DNA of 33,555 nucleotides from Candidatus Micrarchaeota archaeon (lineage in GTDB: Archaea > Micrarchaeota > Micrarchaeia > Micrarchaeales > CABMGC01): positions 1 through 33,555 of the forward strand of contig DAHVVD010000029.1 of NCBI GenBank assembly GCA_027328265.1. The letters are read 5' to 3'. This document shows positions 18,351-26,350 of this stretch, piece by piece. Both the position numbers and the translations under genes were made by a program. Numbering within the stretch: the stretch's first letter is position 1; every line of letters starts with the position of its first letter. Below the pieces are notes generated by a model. The model saw only the letters and a program-made list of their open reading frames with translations. It was not told the DNA's origin and searched no databases.

Positions 18351-18388
18351 AAAGAAAGAGAAAAAGAAAGAGAAAATAATGTGAAATA

Positions 18389-18691
18389 ATGGCAGGTAAT
18401 AGCAAAGCCGATTGCAAGGACCCGAAGTGCCCGATACACGGAGGGCTGAAGGTTAGAGGCACCTCTCTCCAGGGCAGAGTCGTGAGCGCGAAGGCAAAGA
18501 AGACAGCAATAGTCGAGATCGACTACACGCGCTACATCAACAAGTACGAGAGATACCTGAGAAAGAGGTCAAGGATTCCTTCCTACAACCCTGACTGCAT
18601 AGCTGCGAAGGAGGGCAACGTCGTCACAATAGCAGAGACGCGCAGGCTCAGCAAGACAAAGTCCTTTGCGGTAACAGGAATAGTAAAGTGA
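18389..18691 (+). CDS. rps17: 30S ribosomal protein S17 (uS17)
   Basis: CKDPKCPIHG, GRVVSAK, KYERY and ETRRLSKTKSF. Confidence 0.97.
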   Translation: MAGNSKADCKDPKCPIHGGLKVRGTSLQGRVVSAKAKKTAIVEIDYTRYINKYERYLRKRSRIPSYNPDCIAAKEGNVVTIAETRRLSKTKSFAVTGIVK

Positions 18692-18701
18692 TGGCGAGAA
18701 G

Positions 18702-19106
18702 ATGAAGGGCATTTCAACAAAAGTAATGAAGACTCTTATACCCGGAACTGTGCTGGGATGCGCGGACAACAGCGGAGCTTACGAGTTCAGGATGATCCAT
18801 CTGATAGGAAAGGGAGGAGGCGGAAGGCACGGAAAGCAGGCAACTGCAGGAATCGGCGACCTCGTCTCAGCTAGCGTCAGGAAGGGCTCGCCTACATACC
18901 TCAAGAAGCCCGTGCGCGTTCTCGTAATAAGGCAGAAGGCTCCGATAAGGCGCGCCAACGGCATGCGCATGAGGTTCGAGGACAACGCAGGCATAATGGT
19001 CGGCGAAGACAACCTTCCGGTGGGCACCGAGATAAAAGGGGCAATCGCAAGAGAGGTAGTGGAGAGATTCGTCAAGGTCGCAGGAATAGCCTCGAGGATT
19101 GTGTGA
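18702..19106 (+). CDS. rpl14: 50S ribosomal protein L14 (uL14)
   Basis: CADNSGA, FEDNAG and GTEIKGAIAREV. Confidence 0.97.
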   Translation: MKGISTKVMKTLIPGTVLGCADNSGAYEFRMIHLIGKGGGGRHGKQATAGIGDLVSASVRKGSPTYLKKPVRVLVIRQKAPIRRANGMRMRFEDNAGIMVGEDNLPVGTEIKGAIAREVVERFVKVAGIASRIV

Positions 19107-19474
19107 CATTAATGGGCAGCAGCAAGCCAAGGAGACAGAGATTCATGCGCTTCAACGCGCCTCTCCACGTCAGGCAGGGCTTCGCGCACGCTCACCTCAC
19201 GAAGGAGCTCAAGACAAAACTGAGCATCAAGAGGAGGAGCGCGCAGATAAGGCGCGGCGACACCGTGAAGGTGGTTGCTGGAGACTTCAGCGGCAAGACA
19301 GGCAAGGTGAACAAGGTGAGCCTTCGGAGCAGCAAGGCTTTCATAGAGGGGCTGACGAGGAAGAACGCAAAGGGAAAGGAGCTCATGATCCCAATCCCGA
19401 TAAGCAAGCTCTACATCACCGACCTCGACCTCTCGGACAAGTTCAGGAAGGAGAAGCTCGGGATAAAGGCATGA
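19103..19474 (+). CDS. rpl24: 50S ribosomal protein L24 (uL24)
   Basis: SSKPRRQR..NAPLH and the KOW motif IRRGDTVKVVAGDFSGKTGKV. The start may be ATG 19112. Confidence 0.96.
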   Translation: MTLMGSSKPRRQRFMRFNAPLHVRQGFAHAHLTKELKTKLSIKRRSAQIRRGDTVKVVAGDFSGKTGKVNKVSLRSSKAFIEGLTRKNAKGKELMIPIPISKLYITDLDLSDKFRKEKLGIKA

Positions 19475-19478
19475 TAAA

Positions 19479-20162
19479 ATGGCAGGAAAGGGAAACAAGC
19501 GTCATATCAAGAGGCTCGCTTCGAGCAGGTACATGGCCATCGGCAGAAAGGCCTCTAAGTATGTAATCAAGCCGATGCCAGGAAGGCATACCGGCAAGAG
19601 GAGCATCTCCCTTATGACTGTGCTCAAGGAGAAGATAATGAGCGCAACATCGAGGGAGGCAGGATTCGCGATAAAGAGCTCAAGCATAAAGGTAAACGGG
19701 AAAACGGTCAAGGAGCCTAAGTATGCGGTAGGCTTCGGAGACCTCATAGAGATACTTCCAACCAATGAGAGCTTCAGGATAGTCTCTGGCAAGGACGGCA
19801 GGTTCGAGATAGAGAAAGCGAAGGGGAAGCACCGCTCCAATCAAACATTCAAGGTAATAGGCAAGTACGTCGGCAAGAAGGGAAAGATCTTCCTCAAGCT
19901 GCACGATGGCAGCTCTGTTGGCTCGGACAACTCGGCAAAGGTCAACGACTCTGTGGTGCTTGCAGAGAAGAAGATATCAAAAGTCATAAAGCTCGAGAAA
20001 GGAAGCAAATGCTACGTCGTTACCGGCACGCACGCCTCCGAGAGCGGCACAATAAAGGAGATAACGAAAGGCACACTCCAGAGAAATCCCTCCGTAAAGA
20101 TAGAAGGGAGCAGCGGAGAGTTCGAGACCCTCCTCAGGAACATAATGGTAGTTGGTGAATAA
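19479..20162 (+). CDS. rps4e: 30S ribosomal protein S4e (eS4)
   Basis: KRHIKRLA, KPMPGRH, IKVNGK...YAVGFGD, LHDG and [12 protein letters not shown]. Confidence 0.96.
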   Translation: MAGKGNKRHIKRLASSRYMAIGRKASKYVIKPMPGRHTGKRSISLMTVLKEKIMSATSREAGFAIKSSSIKVNGKTVKEPKYAVGFGDLIEILPTNESFRIVSGKDGRFEIEKAKGKHRSNQTFKVIGKYVGKKGKIFLKLHDGSSVGSDNSAKVNDSVVLAEKKISKVIKLEKGSKCYVVTGTHASESGTIKEITKGTLQRNPSVKIEGSSGEFETLLRNIMVVGE

Positions 20163-20682
20163 GTTGGAAGAGAGCGCCATGCGCACAGTCTATCTTGACA
20201 AGGTCGTCATAAACATAGGCACCGGTTCTGGAAGCGAGGACCTGGCTGACAACGCGCGCGAGCTAATCAAAAAACTCACCAACCACGATGCAGGCTACGC
20301 CTTCTCGAAGAGGAGGGACCCGGAGCTCAAGCTCAGGCAGGGCCAGAAGATAGGCGCAATAGTTACACTCAGGAAGAAGGACGCTTTCGACTTCCTCAAG
20401 AGGGCTCTCGATGCCAACAACAACCTTCTGGGAGAGAACGCGATCTCAAACAACTCAGTGAATTTCGGAGTAAAGGAGTACATCTATTTCACCGGAGTGA
20501 AGTACGACCCCAAGATAGGGATACTCGGCATGAACGTCAACGCCGCCTTCTCAAGGAAGGGAAAGCGCGTCGAGAACAGAAAGAGGCGGAGGAGCCGCGT
20601 GCCAAAGGGCCACAGGGACGTGCGGAAGGAAGAGATAATCAGCTACCTGGAAAAGAACTTCAGCGTGAAATTCGCAAACTGA
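20152..20682 (+). CDS. rpl5: 50S ribosomal protein L5 (uL5)
   Basis: [19 protein letters not shown] and [23 protein letters not shown]. Start uncertain. Confidence 0.96.
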   Translation: MVNKLEESAMRTVYLDKVVINIGTGSGSEDLADNARELIKKLTNHDAGYAFSKRRDPELKLRQGQKIGAIVTLRKKDAFDFLKRALDANNNLLGENAISNNSVNFGVKEYIYFTGVKYDPKIGILGMNVNAAFSRKGKRVENRKRRRSRVPKGHRDVRKEEIISYLEKNFSVKFAN

Positions 20683-20693
20683 CTGATGATCCT

Positions 20694-20849
20694 ATGAAGA
20701 CGAGCAATGACCAAAAATACAAGGGCCGCGGGAAGCGGGTCTGCTGGAGATGCGGCACCGCAAGGGGCCTGATAAGGAGCTACCGCCTCCAGATATGCAG
20801 GAGATGCTTCCGCGAGACTGCGAGGGACCTCGGATTCGAGAAATATTAA
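20694..20849 (+). CDS. rps14: 30S ribosomal protein S14 (uS14, Zn-binding), absent from the ORF track
   Basis: Hand translation gives [51 protein letters not shown] (51 aa), between L5 and S8. Confidence 0.96.
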   Translation: MKTSNDQKYKGRGKRVCWRCGTARGLIRSYRLQICRRCFRETARDLGFEKY

Positions 20850-20858
20850 GGTGATAAA

Positions 20859-21239
20859 ATGGATGTTTTTGCAGATGCGCTCAACAAGATAAAGCTCTAT
20901 GAAAGTCTAGGCAAGTACGAGTGCACGGTCGACTCGACAAAGCTGATAAGATCGGTGCTGGAGGCTCTCAAGGCCCACAACTACATAGAGGGATTCGAGG
21001 AATACAAGGAAGGCAAGTTCAAGAAGATAAAGATAAGGATGGCCAAGAAGATAAACTACCTAGGCGCCATAAAGCCGAGGCACGCAGTCGGCATAGACGA
21101 GTACCAGAAGTACGAGGCTAGGTACATACCAAGCAAAGACTTTGGGATCTTGATAGTCTCTACGCCACAGGGCATAATGACAAACAGGGAAGCGAGGGCG
21201 AAGAGGATAGGAGGAAGGCTCCTGGCCTACGTATACTGA
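20859..21239 (+). CDS. rps8: 30S ribosomal protein S8 (uS8)
   Basis: DVFADALNKI, GAIKPRH and GILIVSTPQGIMTNREA...GGRLLAYVY. Confidence 0.97.
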   Translation: MDVFADALNKIKLYESLGKYECTVDSTKLIRSVLEALKAHNYIEGFEEYKEGKFKKIKIRMAKKINYLGAIKPRHAVGIDEYQKYEARYIPSKDFGILIVSTPQGIMTNREARAKRIGGRLLAYVY

Positions 21240-21258
21240 CGAAAAGGAAACGATATTC

Positions 21259-21780
21259 ATGAACGTTATAGAAGTATCCAACGGCGTCGAAGTAAGAATC
21301 GACTCTGATATGATAATCATCAAGGGCAAGCTCGGCTCCACTGCGAAGAAGATAAACCCCAAGCTCTTCACTGCGAAGACTGAGCCAGGCAAGATAACCC
21401 TGGAGCCGACAAAGAACAAGAAGCTGGCGAAGAAGGCTGACCTTGCAATCCAGGCATTCGCATCAGAGCTCAAGTCGGCAAACCTTGGGGTCCAGAATGG
21501 CATCGAGAAGAAGATGGTAGTCTTCTTCTCGCACTTCCCGATAACGATAGAGATCAAGGGCAAGACAATCAGCATAAAGAACATTTTCGGCGAGAGAGTC
21601 CCAAGGTCCACGACATCTGTGGGCGACACCAAGGTAGAGGTCAAGGGGCAGGAAGTGATAGTGAAGGGAGTTGACGCTTACGATGTGGGCCAGACAGTTG
21701 CCAACATCAGGAAGGCCTGCTACTCCATAGGAGACACAAGGGTATTCCAGGACGGGCTATACCTTGCAAAGAGCGAGTGA
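21259..21780 (+). CDS. rpl6: 50S ribosomal protein L6 (uL6)
   Basis: IKGKLG, FSHFPI, KNIFGERVPR, VGQTVANI and DTRVFQDGLY. Confidence 0.96.
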   Translation: MNVIEVSNGVEVRIDSDMIIIKGKLGSTAKKINPKLFTAKTEPGKITLEPTKNKKLAKKADLAIQAFASELKSANLGVQNGIEKKMVVFFSHFPITIEIKGKTISIKNIFGERVPRSTTSVGDTKVEVKGQEVIVKGVDAYDVGQTVANIRKACYSIGDTRVFQDGLYLAKSE

Positions 21781-21781
21781 T

Positions 21782-22138
21782 ATGACGAAAAAGAGCCATC
21801 CAACATTTGCCGTGCCAAATCTCGGCGCGCCTAACAGAAAGGGGGTCAAGGACAGATGGAGGAAGCAGCGAGGCATCGACAACAAGAAGCGGGTCAAGAG
21901 GAGCGGATACGGTGCTGTGCCTAATATAGGCTACAAGAACAGCGACTCCATAAGACACCTTAGGCAGGATGGCACGAGGAGCCTGCTGGTGCGCAACGAG
22001 CAGGAGCTCATTGATGCGTCAAAATTGAAGGGCATCACGGTAGTCATGGCCCACTCACTCTCGCAGAGGAAGAGGGCAGCTCTCGAGGGCCTCGCGAAGA
22101 AGTTCGGATTGAACGTGGCAAACAAGGTGAGAAGATGA
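21782..22138 (+). CDS. rpl32e: 50S ribosomal protein L32e (eL32)
   Basis: RWRKQRGIDNKKR and PNIGYK; ATG at 21782. Confidence 0.94.
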   Translation: MTKKSHPTFAVPNLGAPNRKGVKDRWRKQRGIDNKKRVKRSGYGAVPNIGYKNSDSIRHLRQDGTRSLLVRNEQELIDASKLKGITVVMAHSLSQRKRAALEGLAKKFGLNVANKVRR

Positions 22139-22626
22139 CATTGAAATTCACAAGAAGGCTTGCAGCAGAACTCATGAACAGAGGAGAGAATGCTGTGAGG
22201 ATTAATCCAATTGCACTCGACAAGGCATCCAAGGCGATGACGCGCGAAGACGTCAAGAGGCTCATAAAAGACGGCAGCGTCTACGCGCTGAAGGAGAAGC
22301 ACAACCTCGGCGTGAGATCGAAGCTGCTCAAGCAGAAGCGGGCAAAGGGAAGGAGAAGGGGCCAGGGAAGAAGGCGCGGAACAGACAAGGCCCGCCAGGG
22401 AAGGAGATGGGAGAAGCAGGTCAGGTCGCAGAGAACCCTGCTAAGAATGCTCAGGTCCTCCGGGAAGCTCGACAAGGGATCATTCAGGAAGTATTACATG
22501 CTGATAAAGGGAAACAGCTTCCCAGACAAGGCTTCGCTGCTGCTCCACCTTGGAGAAGAAGGCGTGAAGGTAAGCCCTGAGGAGCTGAAGGCCATAAACG
22601 AGGAGATAGCAAAGCAGTACAAGTGA
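22135..22626 (+). CDS. rpl19e: 50S ribosomal protein L19e (eL19)
   Basis: RRLAAELM, TREDVKRLI, KGRRRGQGRRRG and YYMLIKGNSF. Confidence 0.96.
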   Translation: MTLKFTRRLAAELMNRGENAVRINPIALDKASKAMTREDVKRLIKDGSVYALKEKHNLGVRSKLLKQKRAKGRRRGQGRRRGTDKARQGRRWEKQVRSQRTLLRMLRSSGKLDKGSFRKYYMLIKGNSFPDKASLLLHLGEEGVKVSPEELKAINEEIAKQYK

Positions 22627-23187
22627 TTGAGAATGACCGGAGGAAGGGATTTTAGAAGGAGGAAGGACTCGCTCACAGACTACAAGAAGAGGCTCGCCCT
22701 AGTGAAGGGAGGGACAGCCAGGGTAGTCGTGAGGAGGAGCAACAAAAGAATAATAGGCGAGATAGTAAGCTACGCCGAGATAGGCGACAAGGTCACAGCA
22801 TACGTCGACTCGAACTCGCTCAAGAAGCTCGGCTGGCCGTCAAGGAGCAACAGGCCCACGGCATATCTCACCGGCATGCTTCTCGCGAAGAGCGCTGCCA
22901 AGTCAAAGGAGCCAGGCAAGGAATACATACTTGACATAGGGCTCAGCTCGCCCGTGAAGAACTCCGTGCCGTTCGTTTTCGCAAAGGGCTGCATAGACGG
23001 CGGCATGAAGCTGAAGGCGAACCTCGATATAAAAGAAGTGATATATAACTATTCCAACACAGAGTATGCAAAGAAGTCGTCTGAGAACGGAGGCAGCCAA
23101 TACTCCAAATTCAAGAAGGATGGCATAAAGATAGAGGGGCTAGGAGAGCTCTTCGAGAGCACAAAGAAGAAGATACTGGGAGAGTGA
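22627..23187 (+). CDS. rpl18: 50S ribosomal protein L18 (uL18)
   Basis: FRRRK..TDYKKRL, RVVVRRSNK, AYLTGMLL and LDIGL. Start is TTG 22627 or ATG 22633. Confidence 0.95.
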   Translation: MRMTGGRDFRRRKDSLTDYKKRLALVKGGTARVVVRRSNKRIIGEIVSYAEIGDKVTAYVDSNSLKKLGWPSRSNRPTAYLTGMLLAKSAAKSKEPGKEYILDIGLSSPVKNSVPFVFAKGCIDGGMKLKANLDIKEVIYNYSNTEYAKKSSENGGSQYSKFKKDGIKIEGLGELFESTKKKILGE

Positions 23188-23191
23188 TATT

Positions 23192-23842
23192 TTGGAAGAG
23201 AGCGCATCAATACACGAAGCACTGCTTTGGAATCCTAAGACGAAGATAGGCAAGATGGTCAAGTCAGGCGAGATAAGGAACATAGAGCAGATTTTCGAGG
23301 CAGGCAAGCCCATCAAGGAAGTTGAGATAGTGGACACGCTCCTGCCAAAGCTGGAGGACAAGGTGCTCGAGATAATCTCAGTGCAGAGGATGACTAAGAA
23401 CAACAGGAAACAAAAATTCAGGGTCACCGCGGTAGTAGGAGACAGGAACGGCCACGTCGGACTCGCAGCTGCAAAGGACGCAGAGGTAAAGCCAGCCATA
23501 GATACTGTCGTGAGGGAAGCAAAGAGGAATGTCATCTCGGTTAAGCTAGGCTGCGGTTCGTGGGAATGCGGATGCGGAACGCCTCACACCCTCCCGCTCA
23601 CCCAGAGGGCCAAATGCGGAAGTGCAGAAGTCATAATCAAGCCTGCGCCAAAAGGAGTAGGCATAGTAGCGTCAAAGACAGTGAAGACCGTTCTAGAGTT
23701 CGCAGGCATAAAGGACGCATGGACCTTTTCGAAGGGAAGGACGAGAAGCGTATACAACATGGCCATGGCGACCTTCACCGCACTTCAGGGAATCTCAGAG
23801 ATCAGGAATCCAGAAGAGCTCAAGGCAATGGACGTGAACTGA
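23192..23842 (+). CDS. rps5: 30S ribosomal protein S5 (uS5)
   Basis: WNPKTKIG, VQRMT, VVGDRNGHVG, GCGSWECGCG and PAPKGVG. Confidence 0.97.
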   Translation: MEESASIHEALLWNPKTKIGKMVKSGEIRNIEQIFEAGKPIKEVEIVDTLLPKLEDKVLEIISVQRMTKNNRKQKFRVTAVVGDRNGHVGLAAAKDAEVKPAIDTVVREAKRNVISVKLGCGSWECGCGTPHTLPLTQRAKCGSAEVIIKPAPKGVGIVASKTVKTVLEFAGIKDAWTFSKGRTRSVYNMAMATFTALQGISEIRNPEELKAMDVN

Positions 23843-23846
23843 CTTT

Positions 23847-24719
23847 TCAGAAAGGCTCCTCTCCGAATTTTCTTGAGAGCGCTTCTATTCCTCCGCGCAT
23901 TACAAAAACATCTACCCCATAGTCCCTCTTAAGTATCTTGGCGAGATGAAGCGCCTCAGATTCTTCATAACTTATCAAGATGCAACCTTTCCAAGCTGCA
24001 ACTTTCTCCCTCTTCAGATCTGTCATCTCTCCGAGGCTCACCTTAATCACCTTCTCCTTATCGACTCCTAGAAGATTAACCACTTCCTGTACGGGCTCGA
24101 GCCCTAGCCAGATGAACTTCGCGCCTTTCTCCACCTTATCGAAAGCCTCCTTTAGCGTAAGCTCGCTCGCGCTCCTCTTCTCCTGGTAGACTGTGGTCTG
24201 GCGGGATGATCCCTCAACCTTTCCAAAAACCTCCTCGCGGCTCCCAGCAAGTGCCATGTTCTCCACCACCTCGGTGATGAAGGTCGAGATCTTGAGCGCG
24301 TCAGCTGGCCAGAGCCCATCAACCTCCCCCTCCTTCTTCACTGCCTGGCTGGAGTCCGCGAAGCCGTGTATGCGTATGTGCACCGACGAGAACAGCCTTC
24401 CCCTTGTCTTGAGAACGCTTATTATGTTGTTGTACGGTATGATGCTTATCTCCGAGGGCGAGCCGAGGTTGAAGCCGAAATAAAGCCCCCAGAAAGAGGG
24501 CATGGCTATTATCACCCGCTTGTTCGTTACTACTATCTTATTCGGCGCTAGGTCCCTCAGGAGGCTCTGCTTCACCTCTATTATGGTCTCCTCGTCCTTC
24601 ACAAGCGTGTCCTTGAGGGCGTTCAGGCACCTCTTGGTGTGGGCGTGCGGCTGGTAGTTTCCGCTCTCGACGAGCGTCTGCTTTGCCCTCTCTACAGCCA
24701 AGTGTACCTGAGACTCCAA
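23847..24719 (-). CDS. Bacterial-type PH (bPH) domain protein with a C-terminal rhodanese-like domain lacking the catalytic Cys
   Basis: N-part DEETIIEVKQ...IVVTNKRVII...IPYNNIISV...GRLFSSVHI fits bPH. C-part LTLKEAF...CILISYEESEALHLAKIL...GVDVFVMRGGIEAL fits a rhodanese fold. Confidence 0.6.
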   Translation of the reverse strand: MESQVHLAVERAKQTLVESGNYQPHAHTKRCLNALKDTLVKDEETIIEVKQSLLRDLAPNKIVVTNKRVIIAMPSFWGLYFGFNLGSPSEISIIPYNNIISVLKTRGRLFSSVHIRIHGFADSSQAVKKEGEVDGLWPADALKISTFITEVVENMALAGSREEVFGKVEGSSRQTTVYQEKRSASELTLKEAFDKVEKGAKFIWLGLEPVQEVVNLLGVDKEKVIKVSLGEMTDLKREKVAAWKGCILISYEESEALHLAKILKRDYGVDVFVMRGGIEALSRKFGEEPF

Positions 24720-24736
24720 CCCATAAACCCTGTAGC

Positions 24737-24756
24737 TTACTGTAATTTACTGTAAT
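24737..24756. repeat. Tandem TTACTGTAAT x2, each unit containing the TTAC-T-GTAA palindrome
   Basis: Read directly in the 41-bp gap upstream of the PH-domain gene. Confidence 0.8.
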
Positions 24757-24760
24757 CAGT

Positions 24761-25513
24761 TCAGTTCCTGTAGCCCCAGCTTCCTACGATCGCAAGAGCG
24801 AAGCCGAAGAGGCTCAGGACGAAGTAAAGATTATTCCCAAGTGTGATTGAGAGAAGGATGACGCCTGTAAGTCCACCGACGAGCCACGCGCCCCTGTTCA
24901 TGTTGCTGAAAGCCCCCAGGTTTATGAAGCTTATAAAGAAGAGTGCAATTGCACCTATCATCGCCGCTGAGAAGAGGAGGGGCTCAAGCGGTGCCACGCT
25001 GAGCACTGCGCCGAGATAGGCGCCGCCTATAGCAGTGAAGGCTATTAGCAGGTAGACTATGCTCGCGAGGAACTCGAAGAAGAACTTCTTCTTCCTGACC
25101 TCGGCATTAAAGGCGACCCTTCGCCTGTTCCTCCTCTTAAGGTAGGCATGGTGTCCTATCCCTCCGCTCGCGAAAGAGAGCGCAAATCCAATCAGCACAA
25201 CGAGCAGCATAGCATAATTGCCAAATGTCAGCGCAACGAGCGAGACGCCGACGAGAACAGTTATGAAGAGCGAGAGAATCACAGTCTCCTCCCTTATGCC
25301 GAAGAGGTTTGTAAAACTGAGCAGAAAGAGCACTATAGCGCCAACTGCGGCGACAAGATATGCGGCTATGTTCCAGGATGCGCCAGCCCATGCGGCGTAT
25401 GGGTAAGAGCCGCCGAACGAGAGCGCAACAATCAGCAGGTATGCCAGGCTACCTAGGAAGCCTAGCCCAAAGACCCTCAAAATATGAGCCTCATTATTCG
25501 TGCCTATAGCCAC
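24761..25513 (-). CDS. Hypothetical 8-TM membrane protein made of two copies of a 4-TM unit
   Basis: Two halves share FL(G/A)S..YL, GAI.LF..SF.NL, (A/I)(L/T)..GN and GFAL motifs, joined by an Arg/Lys-rich linker. Confidence 0.8.
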   Translation of the reverse strand: MAIGTNNEAHILRVFGLGFLGSLAYLLIVALSFGGSYPYAAWAGASWNIAAYLVAAVGAIVLFLLSFTNLFGIREETVILSLFITVLVGVSLVALTFGNYAMLLVVLIGFALSFASGGIGHHAYLKRRNRRRVAFNAEVRKKKFFFEFLASIVYLLIAFTAIGGAYLGAVLSVAPLEPLLFSAAMIGAIALFFISFINLGAFSNMNRGAWLVGGLTGVILLSITLGNNLYFVLSLFGFALAIVGSWGYRN

Positions 25514-25557
25514 CGTATCACAATACCCTTAAGAAATAAAGATTATTAAACCTGACT

Positions 25558-25616
25558 AGAAGAAAAAGAAAAGGAAGAGAAAAGGGAAAGAAAGAGAAAA
25601 ATAAAAGAAAGAAGAA
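25558..25616 (-). terminator. Long pyrimidine (T-rich) tract downstream of the 4-TM gene; probable archaeal terminator
   Basis: About 60 nt of almost pure A/G on the + strand, giving oligo-T runs on the transcribed minus strand. Confidence 0.5.
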
Positions 25617-25645
25617 TGCAGCTTTGTCTTATCCTGCCTTATCCT

Positions 25646-26011
25646 TTACATCGAGGATGCAGCTGCTCCCAGGAATGCAAGGACGAAGCCCAGCAAGCTT
25701 ACGAGCATGTAGGTAGAGTTTCCAGCCGTAAGGGCTACAAGCGCTATGCCGCTGATAGTGGCTGCCTTCATTGCGCTCGCCGTCGCCGTCTTTGCCATCC
25801 CGCCGAAGTTAGCGAAGCTCGTGAAGAAGAGTGTTATCGAGCCGATAGCCGCTACTCCGAAGAGTATAGTCCATGCCCATGCCGTATTAGCCTGGGTCAA
25901 CACCGCACCAGCATATCCACCCAGTCCTGTAAAGACTACAATAAGGTAGATAAGGCTGCCGATGAACTCGAGGCCGAATGCGCCCCATAGATTCTTAGAC
26001 TGTTTTGCCAT
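25646..26011 (-). CDS. Hypothetical 4-TM membrane protein, single-unit paralog of 24761-25513
   Basis: FGLEFIGSLIYL, IGSITLFFTSFANF, LVALTAGN and LLGFVL align with both halves of the neighbour. ATG at 26011. Confidence 0.8.
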   Translation of the reverse strand: MAKQSKNLWGAFGLEFIGSLIYLIVVFTGLGGYAGAVLTQANTAWAWTILFGVAAIGSITLFFTSFANFGGMAKTATASAMKAATISGIALVALTAGNSTYMLVSLLGFVLAFLGAAASSM

Positions 26012-26171
26012 TTTACCACGGTACACTATCGGAAATCGAGATTCTTAAAGGTAATCCCAAGGCCGAAAATAAGTCTGACAAATGACGAAAGAGGACATCC
26101 CTTTAAATGCTTAAGCCCCTGAAAAGGGGCTGGAGTCAGGCTTAAAAAGGGGCTAGAAAAAATCCAAAATA

Positions 26172-26242
26172 GGCCTTGGCCGGGAATCGAACCCGGTCCT
26201 GGGGGTCCACAACCCCCTGTGCTACCGTTACACAACCAAGGC
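26172..26242 (-). tRNA. tRNA-His(GTG), intronless, G-1 not encoded
   Basis: GCCTTGG/CCAAGGC acceptor, GGGGG-TTGTGGA-CCCCC anticodon arm, CCGGG-TTCGATT-CCCGG T arm and discriminator C. Confidence 0.95.
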
Positions 26243-26350
26243 ATCGCAGTATACTGCCCTCCTCAAATATATAAAATTTGGCACGTGCGTCCCAGCCCCT
26301 ATTAGCTAGTCTTTTAAATCATAACTGCATAGAGGGTAATAGGTGGCAGA

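Noticed and set aside
18338..18380. Purine-rich AAAAAGAAAGAG repeat between rnp1 and rps17
   Set aside because: Low-complexity spacer with no supportable function.
25646..26011. Aquaporin/MIP call suggested by the EFIGS motif in TM1
   Set aside because: No NPA motifs, and the repeat unit has 4 TMs rather than the MIP topology.
26114..26154. Hairpin AGCCCCT-GAAA-AGGGGCT and repeated AAAAGGGGCT as a possible ncRNA
   Set aside because: Too short; adequately explained as terminator-like sequence downstream of tRNA-His.
26172..26242. tRNA-His as the attachment site of an integrated element carrying the membrane array
   Set aside because: No duplicated tRNA fragment or integrase was found in the window, and the array lies on the 5' side of the tRNA. 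It cannot be excluded beyond the window.
26026..26244. 72-aa ORF on the minus strand
   Set aside because: It overlaps the tRNA-His gene, which explains the sequence.
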